This document shows positions 52,321-64,000 of a stretch of 64,000 nucleotides of DNA, piece after piece. The stretch lies in the NCBI GenBank assembly GCA_028534125.1, contig CM052817.1:100442001-100506000 (forward strand), given 5' to 3'. Within the stretch, counting starts at the first letter, position 1. Every line of letters begins with the position of its first letter. A program made the translations under genes and the position numbers. The DNA is from Lama glama. Taxonomy: Eukaryota. Below the pieces are notes generated by a model. The model saw only the letters and a program-made list of their open reading frames with translations. It had not been told where the DNA came from and ran no database searches.

Positions 52321-54659
52321 CACAATACAGAGTGAGTCTTTTAAACATAAAAGCTGCCAGGCCACTCCTCTCATCACTCAGTAGCTCCTAACAGTGGTGA
52401 CCTAAGATGCCCTATATGATCTAGCCTCTGGCCTTTCTGTTTCTTCCTTGACAAACATACATCAAAATTTGACATAGTAAATATTTCCTTTATTGTCTGT
52501 TTCTTCCTTTTGTCTATTTGTTCAGGCTTAATTCTCAACAGTGCAAATCGTTTCGAATAAGTTAACGGGTGAGTAGTAGCTGTTCTGTAAGATGAGTCAA
52601 AGGATGAGCAAATGATGGAATTGATCAGTACATCCACGCTTGGAGTGGTACCCACCCTCTTTGCTCGGGCTTATGAGGGTGCGAGGGGGTATTTATGGAA
52701 GCAGAGTGTGACCACTGCCCTCCCTCTTTCTCTCATCCAGGCATGTATTCATTCAACTGGATTCACTGATCTGGGCTTATACCCTGTTACATACGGGGCA
52801 ACACTCAGGGTCTTCCATGAGCTATTGTTCACCCAGGAGACATGCAAACATGTGACCTTAGAAATAAGGTCGGTGGTGATGCAGAGCTGTTTCTGAGGGG
52901 CAGTGACGTCACACAGGGAAGCCATGGGAGGCCAGGAGAGGTTTCTCTGAGGGAAGCCAACTGAACTGATTCTTGCGGGATAAAGAGAAATTTTTCATAT
53001 GGGAAGGGCTAGAAGCACTCCAGAAAAACAATGTTCTGGGAAACGAAAACAAAGTCACGGGACAGTTGCGGCACTTTGAGAAACTACGAGTTGCTGGGCG
53101 TGCCCACAGTCCAGAGCAAAGCTCAGTGAGTTATGAGACATCAAGTGAGAAAAGTCAGCAAGGGTACGTGGGAAGGGCTTGTTTGCACGCTGGGGCTTCG
53201 TTCTCCAAACAACGTGAAGGCCTGTTAAACAACAGATGAACACGATGGGGCCGGGAAGCAGGGATCCAGCGTAGCCTGGGGGTTGGGGTGCAAACGTTGA
53301 GCTGTGTGGCGATTTCTGTGGGCTGCAGGGAGCTGGGCAGAGCCTCAGTCAATAGTTTGGAGGACTGAGGCTGGAAGGACGGAGACCCAGGAGGGGCCAC
53401 TCAGACAGCAATGATGGCACAAGGAGGAGGAAGCCAGGCTGTCTGGAAAGACGAGGACTTTCCCTGGAAAGGAGCATGTTTCAAAGCCAGGGCAGGAGAG
53501 AGCCTGGGGCGCAGCTGAACGCCCACATTAATAATCACTCCTGAAACCTAAAAGCGTTGCCTAAATCCTTTTCTAGTCCACAGATGGCTTAATCCTCCTT
53601 CTCCTGGACTGTCATCATAAAACCAAAGAATCACGAGACCAAGGGGCTGGAGGGCATCTTAGAGCACATCTCATCCAGCGCCTCCCAGCCCTCCCTGCTC
53701 AGGTACCCTGAACTATAAGGGAGAGAACATGAACCAATTTTCTTCACGTTGCTTATTGCATCACTTTTAAAAAAATATATATAAATGTTGCATTCTGAGC
53801 CAAAACATCTGTATTTGTTTTAATAGAAGAATAACATTTGTTTTCCTCTCAAAAAGGTTGCTTCTCCACAGGAAGTTGCATCATCTGTATTCACAAACCT
53901 CCCTGACCACAGCCCCCAAGTGTGTGGACACCCTTGGGAAAGCCCTCCTTATGGATGAGGACACAGAGGCCAACAGAGAGGCTGCATCATCTGCCTGAGG
54001 TCACGCAGTGGGTTAGGTGCAGAGTGAAGCCTGGAATCAGCGCCAGAGCTCTCCTTGGACCCTCTTTCCTCAAGGGCCCTGCATTTGACACCATGACCCC
54101 CTTTTCCTTCCTGACTCTCGCCTCCCTTCCTCTTTCTCCTGTTTCATTGACTGCGGCACCTTTGTTCCCTCTTGCTCTGCGCCCTCCTAACCTCACTGGG
54201 GCTCCAGAGGGCTCAGAGGGGAGCAGGATGAGGCAGAGCCCCGCCAGGAGAGGAGCTCACAGAACTCACTGCCCTGAGCAGCCCTGGCCTGATCTCATCT
54301 GCTGCAGCTTCTCATTCCTCTGGGATCAAAAAGGTTTATGAGGGCTGTTTGGGCTGTTCTTGATTAATTATACCTTTGCTTCCTGAAGGCACTTAGAACA
54401 TATTTCTGTGAGTTTGCTTAGAGCACAGAAGTGGAAATGGGCGGTCCCGGTGTCTGTTCCAGGAAGCGCCCCACCTCCACCCCCATCCATTTTCACCTGT
54501 GTTGAAAGTTTTATGAGCATCTCCAGCAGGACAGTGCCCAGACTTCCCTCCCACAAAGGCAGAAACTTGCTGTTTGGGAAAAGCCAGAGTCACTCTGCAG
54601 TCCCCTGAGTGAACCAGTGGAAGAAAAAAGGCCAAGAAGCTTGTATGGTTTCTCTTCAA

Positions 54660-55290
54660 AACACAGGTCTGATCTGGTCATTCCCTCTGCCTAAATCACG
54701 TCAGCAGCTCTGTTCCCAGGATAAGGACATCTCCCTGAGCGGCCTCTAAGGAGTCTGTACCCTCCTTTGTTTTGCAGATTCTCCTTAAGTTCCTCCCTTT
54801 TCTTTCTCTGCTCCAGTCACACTGAGCCCTTGGCTCCTCCATCCATGCCCATCTCCCCAACACAGGCCTTTGTATCTGCCATTTCCTACCACGGGGCCTT
54901 TGCACTTGCCATTTTCTTGGCTTGGTCGTCTCTGTCACCCACTCTGCGCCTGATGGAACAGCCCCATCATCTTCCAGCAATCAGCTCAAATTTTCCTTCC
55001 TCAGAGATGCCTACTCTGACCTCCTAAGGGTCAAACCTCCCACCACGGGTTCACAGAGCACCAGGTGCCTTTCTTCACAGCACCTGTCGCACCCACACGT
55101 TCACACTGATACATGTGATTGATTACCGGACTACCGTTTATTCTCCCACGAGGTTGTATGATCCACAAGGCAGAGTCCATGCAAGAATTTGCCCATTTTC
55201 ACATCCTCACCACTTAACATTGTGCCTAACACATAGTTGATGCTTTAAAAATCTGTCAAATTAAAAATTAAATAATGAACAAATAAACAA
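54660..55290. mobile_element. L2 fragment
   Basis: ctccagtcacactg..gggcctttgcacttgc..cagctcaaa..ttcctcagaga..gtgcctaacacatag. Confidence 0.65.
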
Positions 55291-55399
55291 GTAGTAGATT
55301 TGGTAAGTTCAAAATGTGAACTGATGAATTCATAAATACCCAGAATTGTTTATAAGGGTCTTGGGGCCCCGAATTTAATCCTTAGACCTACATGTCTAT

Positions 55400-57120
55400 T
55401 GGGCAGCATTATCGTGTTCAGAACACTACCCCTCGGTGTTTCCCACTGCACCATATGTAAGTGTCTTCTCTGTGCCTGTCATGGGGGAGTGCTTTACTAG
55501 AAACTCTCCTGACTACCCTCGTCCCCTCAGTATCTCCCTTATTCCAGCCATCAGCAAACCTTGCCAACTCATTCCGAGGTATATCAAATTCCATCAGACA
55601 TATAAAAACAGAGTTTATCGCCAACAAACTATCACAAAAGGAACTTTAAAAGATAAACTTTTGGAAGAAAGAAACCTATCTCTGAGGGAAGAGTTAAGAT
55701 GTAAGAAGATACGTAAGCCAAGAATAGGCAAACATGCAAATAAACATAAATGAATAGTTACTGTATAGAGCTACAATAATAGTGCACAGTTTAGAGATTT
55801 TTTAAAAAGCAGGCAACAATCATGTATGAGATGTGAGGGGGTGATCAGATTTAAATGTGCTAAAAGTCTAAGAAAAAGAGTAAGAGATACTGTGTCACTT
55901 TAGGCTTTGTTGAGTTGACCCTTGAATGTTGCAGGGGTTAATATGCATATAATTTGTAGTCTTCTGTATCCGTGGTTCCTCTGTATCCATGAATTCGACC
56001 AACCACAGACCATATAGTATTTACCACTGAAAAATATCCATGTGTAGGTGGACTGATGTAGTTCAAACCTGTGTTATTCAAAGGTCAACTGTACAGTTAA
56101 ACTTTTAAGAGTAACCATGAAAATAATGAAAAGAGAGTTTATAATTTCCAAAAAGTAATAGAAAAATATTTATTAAAAATTTTTCAATCAAAAAAGGAAC
56201 AAAATAAGGAAAAAGGATATCCAAAAAAATTAAACAAATAGCCAGGATAGTTAAAAAAATTTTTAAATATAAACAATCACGATAAGTATAAATGGGCTAA
56301 AGTTGCTAATTAAAGATAAAGATTGTCAGATTATATTTTTAATATTCAGCTGTATGCTGTCTATAAAAGATATATCTAAAATGAAAGGAATGGAAAGATT
56401 GAACTGAAAGTAATCAATTACTTTGGAATATTATACAGGTATTAGCCAAAAGAAATCATATGTAGTTATATTAACATAGATAAAATAGACTTTGAGCCTT
56501 TTAAATATTAGAGTGCCACTTCGTAACGATGATTCACTAGGAAAAATAATAATTTTAATTTTATATGAACTAATCACACAGCATCAAATATTCAAATCAT
56601 ATTTGAGAGAATTATAAGGAGTAATTGACCAACCCATAAACATAGTGGGAGTCTTTACCATACCTCTCTCTGAACCTGATACACCTAGCAGACCAAACAA
56701 TTAATAAAAAGTATAGAAGATTTGACAACACAATTAGCAACTTGATTTAACACGTATGTAGAGAGTCCTGGATTAAAAATCAGAAAACACATGAATGAAA
56801 TTTATTTTAGAACATGTATCAAATGAGACACGTGTAAAACTAACAGAGGTCAATAAATAAGTCTCAACATACTTCAAAGAAACTGTTCTGTTTACAGATC
56901 GTATTTTATAACTAAATGCAATTAGCTTAAAAGTAAATAATAAAAAGGTAAACATTTAAAACATTCATTTTAAAACTAAAAACTTATTTCTAGATTACTA
57001 GCGTGTCAAAAATGAAATAGTGATGACACTATAACAAAGTCATTATGAACTGTAACAATAACACTACATGCTAAAGCTTACAGAATGTAGACAGGGGTAC
57101 TTAGAGGGAATTTTGTAGCC
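55400..57120 (+). mobile_element. Old L1 (ORF1 end / ORF2 endonuclease region) with nested Tigger2-like element (~55912-56095)
   Basis: aaatgggctaaa..aattaaagataaagattgtcaga..gataaaatagacttt..atagtgggagtcttta. Nested TIRs agttgacccttgaa / ttcaaaggtcaactg. Confidence 0.7.
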
Positions 57121-60100
57121 TCGGGGTCTAGAGGAGCTTTCCTTCATTTCTCCAATTATGCAGTTCATTGATTTATGTGTTTGTTCAGTAAATGCTCAAT
57201 CTGGCATGTGGACATATTCAGTTGGAGGCTGCAGAGCTCACAGCCCCTAAGTGGAAATCCTGAGCCAGCCTGGTCTGTTCTCCAGTTACTGATCTCCAAG
57301 GGCTGCCCGGAACTCAGCTTCTCTTGCGATCAGGACATCGCAGGATGTCCATTTCCCGTGGCTATCCCGCTGGCAGTGGAGGCACTGGTCTCTCGCTCAG
57401 AGGGACGAGAGACCCCGCAAGTCTTCAGACCAGAAGGTGATACAGCACACCCCCAGGCTTCCTCTGGGCTTGTGCTCTGGGCTTTCTATCTCATGCACTG
57501 TATTTCCCATTCTCTCTTTTTTGATGGGAAAGATCGTCTCCACATTCTCTCCAAAGTGAGATGGCTCATAGTGCTAAGGGATAGCTATTTCTTTTTGTCC
57601 AAGAGCTATTTCAAAGACAATGTGGGAGACAGAAGATGAAACCAGTAACATCTACAGTTTTCCCAGAAGCAAATTTCACATGGAAATGTCAGGACAACAG
57701 CCACCAGAGTTTCCTCAGAACTGCAGCGACGGAACAATAATGACACAGTTAGCAATGGCAGTGAGGTTGAGTCTAAAGAGCTAAACAAAATGTATGTGTT
57801 CTTATTGTTGATGTATCATTATTTTTTAAAAAGCCATCATCAGATTCTACAGTAGAATCAGGATGGGTTCAATCTCCAATCCATTTCTTTTTATCTTTCC
57901 AGGTTGTCCCTAGATTACCAGTCCTTGTCGAGTGAATTGTGCTCTCTGTTTCTCCACAGCAGTTGTCTAAATCCCATGTTGGAAAGCTTGGTCCTAATCT
58001 TGTTTTCCCCGCTGTCAAAAGCTGGAACTCATCTCTCAACTGCGGGACAAGTTTTGAGGCTTTATAGCACTAGCTGGATTTTAAGGCGAATTAAATCCCT
58101 GCACTTGTTTGTTCTGATACATAAAGCTTGCTGTACTTTCTGTATTAGATTTCCTCATTATGCAGGGCATCTTAATTACAGTGCTATCACAGATTACACT
58201 AGATACAGCTCCCCTTTTTATAGTTAAAAATAGTGAGCACGATGCAGCCCACTTGATAGATGCTGTATCTGGGCGGATAACACGGAGTGTGTCACTGTAA
58301 ATGCAAACTGCTGTAAATGCAGATAAATACCGCTGCTGATCATCCCAGCCCGCTGTGGGGCTGTTGCAGTTTGACTGCTCCAGCTAAAACAGTGGCTGAG
58401 TCAGACTCTTCCTCCCCCAGGCTTTAGAAAACTCGTGTCTTTAACCAAGGTGGGTTTCCACGTGAGTTTGCACGGGATGAGTTTGCTCAAATATGCCCGA
58501 TCTGGAGCCAAGTTCCAAGGCGGAGGATTGGAAAACAGGAGGATGGAGGCAAAAGCAGAGTCCCCAGTTCTCCTCCTTGAAAACCTTCTCTAGCCAAAGC
58601 TTTTCTGCTGTTTATTTAAAGCTGAGATTCCGCAGATTGGTCTTTGTCCCTGGGCAAACTTGATAGACGACCGGCCTTGAGCAACACACAGTTCATGGCT
58701 GTGGAAAACGCGTGCTCTGCCTCCGCTGGTTCTTCAGAGATGGGCTTTAGGGCAAGTGCGAGATGCCTGGGTAACGTACAAACCAGCATCAATAAGTACC
58801 TGCAGAGGAAACACCTCCTACCTCTTCCTTCTGAGATTAAATTAAAAGCAGCTTTTAATGCCTACTTTGAAGACTAAGACTGTACACTTCCTAGGTTCCC
58901 TTTCGTTGTCTTTGTTGGCAGATGCCCTGAGCTAGTCTTTAATAGAAACTTCAGATACAAAACCCCAACCGGAAGCAACCAAAGGGACTAGTCTTCAAAA
59001 TAGTATTTTCTACTAGATACAAAACTAGTAAGTGTTCACTATAGAATTCTTGCTAAAAACAGGAAAGCAGGCAGAGAAAATAAAAGTCACCCATGATCTT
59101 CCCACTGAGAAATTCTCACTATATCATTTCAGTATTTTTTCCTAGGCCTGTATAATTTTGTAAGTGTACATCATATATGTGTGTGTGTGTGTGTGTATAC
59201 AGTATGAACTGGAGGTTTTCACTTAACATTATCATAACCATGTTCTCATGTTATTATCATTGTCTTGAAATATTTTTTTGATAACTATAGAGTATTATAT
59301 CATATGAATGTGTGATCATTTTCTAGAAAAGCCCCCTATTATTTCATATGTAGATTGTTTTCAAGTATTCACTATTATAGATTCTAAAATCGTGAATTTT
59401 TTTGTACATGAGAACCATCTTTGCATTCCTGGCTCTGTGTATTAATTATTTAATATACTTTTAAATTACATTTTCCAGCACTGTATTTTATTCAGAAGTT
59501 TTGCATCTTCTCATGGACAGTTTCCAAAACTTGTGAAATGCATGCAGGCAACATCGCCGTGTCCCGTGTTTCAGGGAGAATTGTCTTGGGGAAGGGGGTC
59601 AAAATGGGTGGCAGCTGATGCTGTCTGGGAATCATCCTGGTCCCACAGCTCTTGAACACTGTACTTGCTACAGGTCCTCTGAAGAATGCAAAGCCAAAGT
59701 GATTCCATTGGCATTGGAATTAGAGCAACTGTTCTATTATTGTGTGCAAACTCCTGCTATAAATAACCTGACAGTACCCATCTGCATGGGATGCAAAAAA
59801 ACAAGAAACATGCAAAGTAAAGACCAAAATAGACCTGGGGTCCATCTGGTGCACCCTCTCCATGGGGCCCCAAACAGATGGTGCAAATTCCCAAGATATA
59901 CCTGCCCAATGGCCTTGTCCTCTCTTGGGGAGGAGGGGCGATTCCTTTCAACAAATGGCCCAGCCAAAAAGGAAAGGGAATTGAGCCACTGAGATCCATC
60001 CTTTTATTCAATAAATAATTTTTTGAATATCTGACATATTCCAGGCATTGTTCTCAGTCCTAGGAATACAACAATGAACCAGAGAGACAAGTTCCCTGAG

Positions 60101-60156
60101 CTCTCGCTCTCTATTTTCCATCCCCATTTTGCCAGATTTTCCTCCTCTCTCCCTAC

Positions 60157-63100
60157 CTGACCTTCTTCTGTTCTCCGAGTTGGATGATGCAGGCTGAGGG
60201 TCCTCTTTCCACTGAGTTTTCTCTAGAGAGCAATTTGCAACAGCTGAGAACAGTTCAGTACTTCACCATTACTTCAGCTTGACTCCCCATCCTCTAGGCT
60301 TACTGGCCAGTCCTGGAGGTCAGAGGCTATGACCTGTTCATCTGTAAACCTCTGACCTAGCACAGTGTTCAGCACCTACACAGTGCTCAGTAAGCAATGA
60401 ACTTTAGAAGACTTCAGCCTTTCAAAAGAAGAGACCCACCATCTCTGAAGAAGTTCTCCAGAAACAGGCACTGCCTTCTCTCCTTGATCTCTCCTCTGAG
60501 GACCAGAAAAGATAATAATCGTCTCCTGAGGAGAAGTGGCAGAGGGTCCAAGGCCGGTCAGGTCAGGTCCTCCCTAAGGCTTGGTTACTGTACGTTAAAC
60601 TGGGAGGGGCTCTTTCTTTCTGGGTCTCGCTGGCATTTGTCAACTCTGAGGGTGGAGATGGAGATATAGAAACAGACAGGTAGATATATATAGACAGACC
60701 GGTAGACAGATAGATGGATGATAGAGGAAGCGGAAACTGGCAGGGAGCACCGTATGTCACAGGCAGGAAAGAGATGAAAGGAGAAAAGTAAGACTGATTA
60801 TAGCCCAAAGCACCAAAGCGCGGAGTGATCCACAAAGAGGTGAGGCTCATCGGGACACGCAGGAATTAGCACTTTCCAGAGACAGTGGCAGGGCTTTAAA
60901 GGTTTTTTTAAAAAGCAAGGGCTCCTCACTTCTACTGCTTGTAGCCAGAGGGGAAAAAAGAAAAGAGGACTGTCTATGAACGCCTTCAGCAGAGGGAAAT
61001 GAAGACACATACTGATATACACAGGTATTGGAGTCATATGTCCTAAAAAGTAATGCGATGACTTCAGGCCACCCGTTTCTGATCAAATCCAAATCTGGTC
61101 GTGTCTCAGGGTATGTTTCTCACAGCAAAGTTGCCTCAGTTCCTGAGGGAGAAAGAGAGCAGATTTGCAGTCCTTCTGAAGGCTGGGTCCTGGGGTTCTG
61201 CAAGGAAGGTTTGGAAAATGATGACTTTGCAAACAGGGGGCTCTGCCCTTATTTATTCACTGCCTGCACCCCACACGGTGTTTTCTCACAGTGAGGGGGT
61301 GCTACCAGTGGGGGCTGAAGCTACAACACGACCTCCAAAAGGTAAACTAACGAGAAAATGAGGGCAGACCCAACAGGACATGTGCTTGGCCCAGTGTCTT
61401 TGAGCTTCCTGGCAAGTCATGACTCATGAGAAATCAAGCCAAGTAACTGAGAATGAACTCAGGTCTGAATGTGGTCCTTAATCCAACCCAACTGTCAGTG
61501 CCAAGAGGGATAAAATCAAGTAGAAAATCTTTCCAACTGCCAGAAAAAAAAAGAAAAAGAAAAAAATCACACATTGCAAGAAATGTCCGGTTAGGTGTGC
61601 CCTCTAGTAAAACAGGAGGAGGGGGGGGGAGGGGGAGGGGGGAGGAGGAGGTGTGGGCTCTCAGCTATGCTACTTCTGCTTCCCCAACCCCCTCTTATGA
61701 AGCCCACCTTTGAATATTCTGTGTTGCTTCTGGTGGGATTAAGAGTCAGGGGCATGTGGGATGGATTCCATTCCAAACACCCACCTGGTCCTTTTTATTG
61801 CTAGCAAACACTCTGGCCAACCACTGGATCCATGGAAATCTCAAGCCAAAGTGAAAACCTCTCTTTGGAGGCTGAGTTTCCCCTAGATCTCCCCCATCTT
61901 TTCTCCCTGAGATTAATAAGAGCCGTGTCCTGATATCAAGAGAAGAATAAGCCATGAAACGAGCCCAGAGAGACAGGCACAAAATGCTTATTAAATGTGA
62001 TCCATCATCACTGTGTACAGAAGACATCAGAACCATTTCCATCACCCTTCCATGAACACCGTTTCAACAGCCTTATTGTGGGGAATCACCGCAAGTGTCA
62101 ATCCTGCTAGTTCACCTCCAAAATTAACAAGACTTTCTGGAGGCGGCCTCGCCTCACCTGTCAAAACCATAACTCTGCCGAGCGTGGAACCCAAAGGCAT
62201 CGAGGAGGATGAGCCCTTCACAGGTGGGAAAGCGATGGTGTCAGACCCAGGCCCCTTCTCTCGGCAAATACTGGGACTTGCTGTCAGGTCTAAATATATC
62301 CTTTTAAGAAAATAGCTTAGTCCTTTCCTTAGCAGGTAGATATTGGCCTATATTTTCAATCTGGAGGTGGGGGTAGATCCTCTTTATGCAGCTGTTTTCT
62401 GGCTGCAGGTTGAGCCTGCTGGCAGTGTGACGGTGTGTGTGCATAAGTGTGAATGCAGAATCCACTAAGTCCGGTAGCCTGTTCCCCAGGGGTATTGGAG
62501 GGAGCTCTCACATGGGCAGCATAGCTGGGCTCCCATGGAATATGTGGTCTTAAACTAGGAATCTTTGACATTGACTTTGTGGGTTTCAATAAATTTCTCA
62601 CCTACTCATAGAGAATGGGGAAAAGAGATATCGTCACTGCCCACAGGGTTAAACTAGGATGACTTTTCTGGAGGGGATGATAAATTGTGCTCTGTCCTAC
62701 AAGATTCCTGAATGTGATTAAAGATTTATTGATCGAGTGCTAGCTGCATTCATGTACAGCATCTCCTTTATTCCTCACACGTCAACCCCAGGAGGTACGA
62801 ATGACAAGTTCCATCCTTGTGGACGGGAGAACTCAAGCTCAGAGAGACTACATGCCTAGCTCAAAGTCACCCGGAGAGTAGATGGCAGAGCTGGGATTTA
62901 AACCTAGCATTCTAGGGCTCCTAATCCCGTTCTTACCGCTACTGGTCATTGATTTATGCACGGCCCCCACCACGCAGTGTTCTGAGAATTTCAGTTGGGG
63001 AAAAGAAAGCAAGTTGAGGTCAAGCATGGGGCTAGCAATGGCTGGAGGAAACCGACTAGGGCAGCTGGCAAACCCCCTTCCCTTAGGGAGGAACCCACGG

Positions 63101-64000
63101 TCCCCTACAATGATGCAATTCAGGTACCCAGCGTCCAAGGTAAACAGCCCAGAGCCCAGTGTGAGGACTTCCGGACAGAGTGGGTCTCCATGAACAATGG
63201 GATCCTGGGTCTGCAAGGTGGAGTCTATCCAAGCTGAACTCAAAGATAGATGTCAGAGCCAGCTCTGGGGAACGCAGTGCACAGGAGCAAGGAGAGAAGA
63301 TGTGCTTCTAAGTCCATGGCTGGAGCTCACCCTGGTTCAGCTCCCCGAGGGAAGGTGGAGGGAGACAAGGCTCCATGGAACTGAACCTTGGGGTCTTGTT
63401 TATTCCTTCCCAGGTGCACCCAAGCCCACCTGTGACTGGTGCCTGGAGGAGGAGCCGTACAGTAACACCAGATTCAGGCAACGCTCCTGACCGCTTCCCA
63501 GATGCACCCTGCCTGTTTCTCCCGGCATTTTCCTCCTCAGTTCCCCACCCCAGCAGCCTCCTTGGGGCCCTGTGCCTCAGAACCCACTAGACTCTCCTCT
63601 TCTGCCTCTTAGATCTTCGATCCCCGACCTGATTTCTTGCTCCCTGCAACTCCCAACTTCAGTCTCCTGTTGTAATCATCCATTTTGAGCTAAAGTAACT
63701 TGGAAGCAAAAATGGGAAAATGATATCATTTTCCTGGCCTAGTACACAAATATTACTAAAATTGCAGCCAATGGGAATATTTGTGATCCCGTGCCCGGTG
63801 GGAAGTTCACTGGAATTGTCTGATGGGACTTCATAATAATTATGAGAGTTCTTCCAGTGGGTTTAAATGTTTGAGAGGATAGAGTTGGATTTTATAACTT
63901 ATGATGTAGGTTTCCATTTCAGAGACAAAGTAAAGTGACATGGTGAGTGTATTTTTACAGGGAGGTAAATCGAATTTGATTTGATGAGGTTTGAGGTGAG
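60157..64000 (-). pseudogene. PDS5-like module 1 (C-terminal ~60% visible; N-terminal part beyond right edge)
   Basis: LAPVHCVPQS..WIDSTLQTQD (~63200-63291) vs PDS5 IAPVHIDTES..SIDGTADDED. ORF 62356-62601 LLKPTKSMSKIPSLRPHI..NTPGEQA..FCIH..LHKEDLP vs IFKNTGSKIEEDFPHI..GTPHQAKQAVHCIH..LHKSLDP. RTRLLLISGRKDGGDLGE (ORF 61746-62045) vs TLRLLTTILHSDGDLTE. LLKAFIDSPL..CLWK (ORF 60798-61037) vs LHKALVKLLLPL..CLLK. ISFLPVTYGAP vs LSLLPEYVVP. Acceptors at 62601 and 61142. Confidence 0.8.
62725..62930. mobile_element. MIR
   Basis: gagaactcaagctcagagag..tcaaagtcacc..tggcagagctgggatttaaacctag. Further MIR/L2 remnants at ~3830-4070, 10075-10290, 12860-13110, 19950-20180 and 40600-40830. Confidence 0.7.

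Larger units (their letters stand above)
47611..59988 (-). pseudogene. PDS5-like module 2 (complete span, split by L1/L2/DNA-transposon insertions)
   Basis: GSIPFP and QVYLGNLHHL..FLHP..TVRLFIA (59737-59988) vs GKITYPP, ELYLNLALHL..FLKHPDKDVRLLVA. LVPQL..TRL, LTVSLLFRRCSSEETL, HLL..LLDKKK, LNMSTCQIEHLL (58073-57150) vs VLPQL..ERL, LTEYLKVRSHDPEEAI, HLL..TLDKRW, LNEMWKCQNLL. TTHPL..FALLRIKPEQID (ORF 52374-52655) vs PTNPF..FLLERIAPVHID. GKSKEGP/VKYGL (~51240-51290) vs HKSKKGPPRQAKYAI. Exons 49656-49477 and 49064-48627; last exon ends 47611|gtgagc. Confidence 0.85.
1700..64000 (-). pseudogene. Decayed multi-exon gene encoding at least 7 tandem PDS5-like HEAT-repeat modules (probably extends past both window edges)
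   Basis: Dozens of minus-strand segments match PDS5 motifs in colinear order, and the order repeats several times. Many have canonical splice sites (e.g. tttcccag|6220..6048|gtgagt; ttttccag|12793..11880|gtaagc; gcttcag|21426..21138|gtgact; gcacgtag|49656..49477|gtgagt). Nearly every segment carries stops or frameshifts. Comparisons made by eye from recalled PDS5A/B sequence. Confidence 0.82.

Noticed and set aside
57700..57800. Plus-strand exon cctcag|..LQRRNNNDTVSNGSEVESKELNK|gtatgt
   Set aside because: No partner exons or recognisable product. It overlaps a much better supported minus-strand PDS5-like block.
1..64000. Intact protein-coding gene among the listed ORFs, or true PDS5A/PDS5B
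   Set aside because: All ORFs are short. Plus-strand ORFs are L1 remnants or noise. PDS5-like segments are very divergent and full of stops and frameshifts, whereas real PDS5A/B are near-invariant in mammals.

Overview
Mammalian genomic DNA, most likely camelid (Camelus/Vicugna), judged from repeated tRNA-derived Vic-1-type SINEs and a matching young L1 3' end. There is no intact protein-coding gene, and much of the window is interspersed repeats (L1, L2/MIR, LTRs, hAT/Tigger DNA elements, SINEs). The main observation is that much of the unique minus-strand sequence between the repeats, from one edge of the window to the other, reads as heavily decayed coding sequence (stops and frameshifts), often bounded by good GT-AG splice sites. 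By eye these pieces follow the motif order of the HEAT-repeat body (roughly residues 10-1100) of the cohesin regulator PDS5. That order restarts at least seven times (5 apparently complete modules and 2 cut by the window edges). The modules are joined head-to-tail by short introns or directly within one reading frame. I interpret this as the fossil of a giant 'poly-PDS5' gene. All protein comparisons are manual, against vertebrate PDS5A/B sequence recalled from memory, and need confirmation by frameshift-aware alignment.
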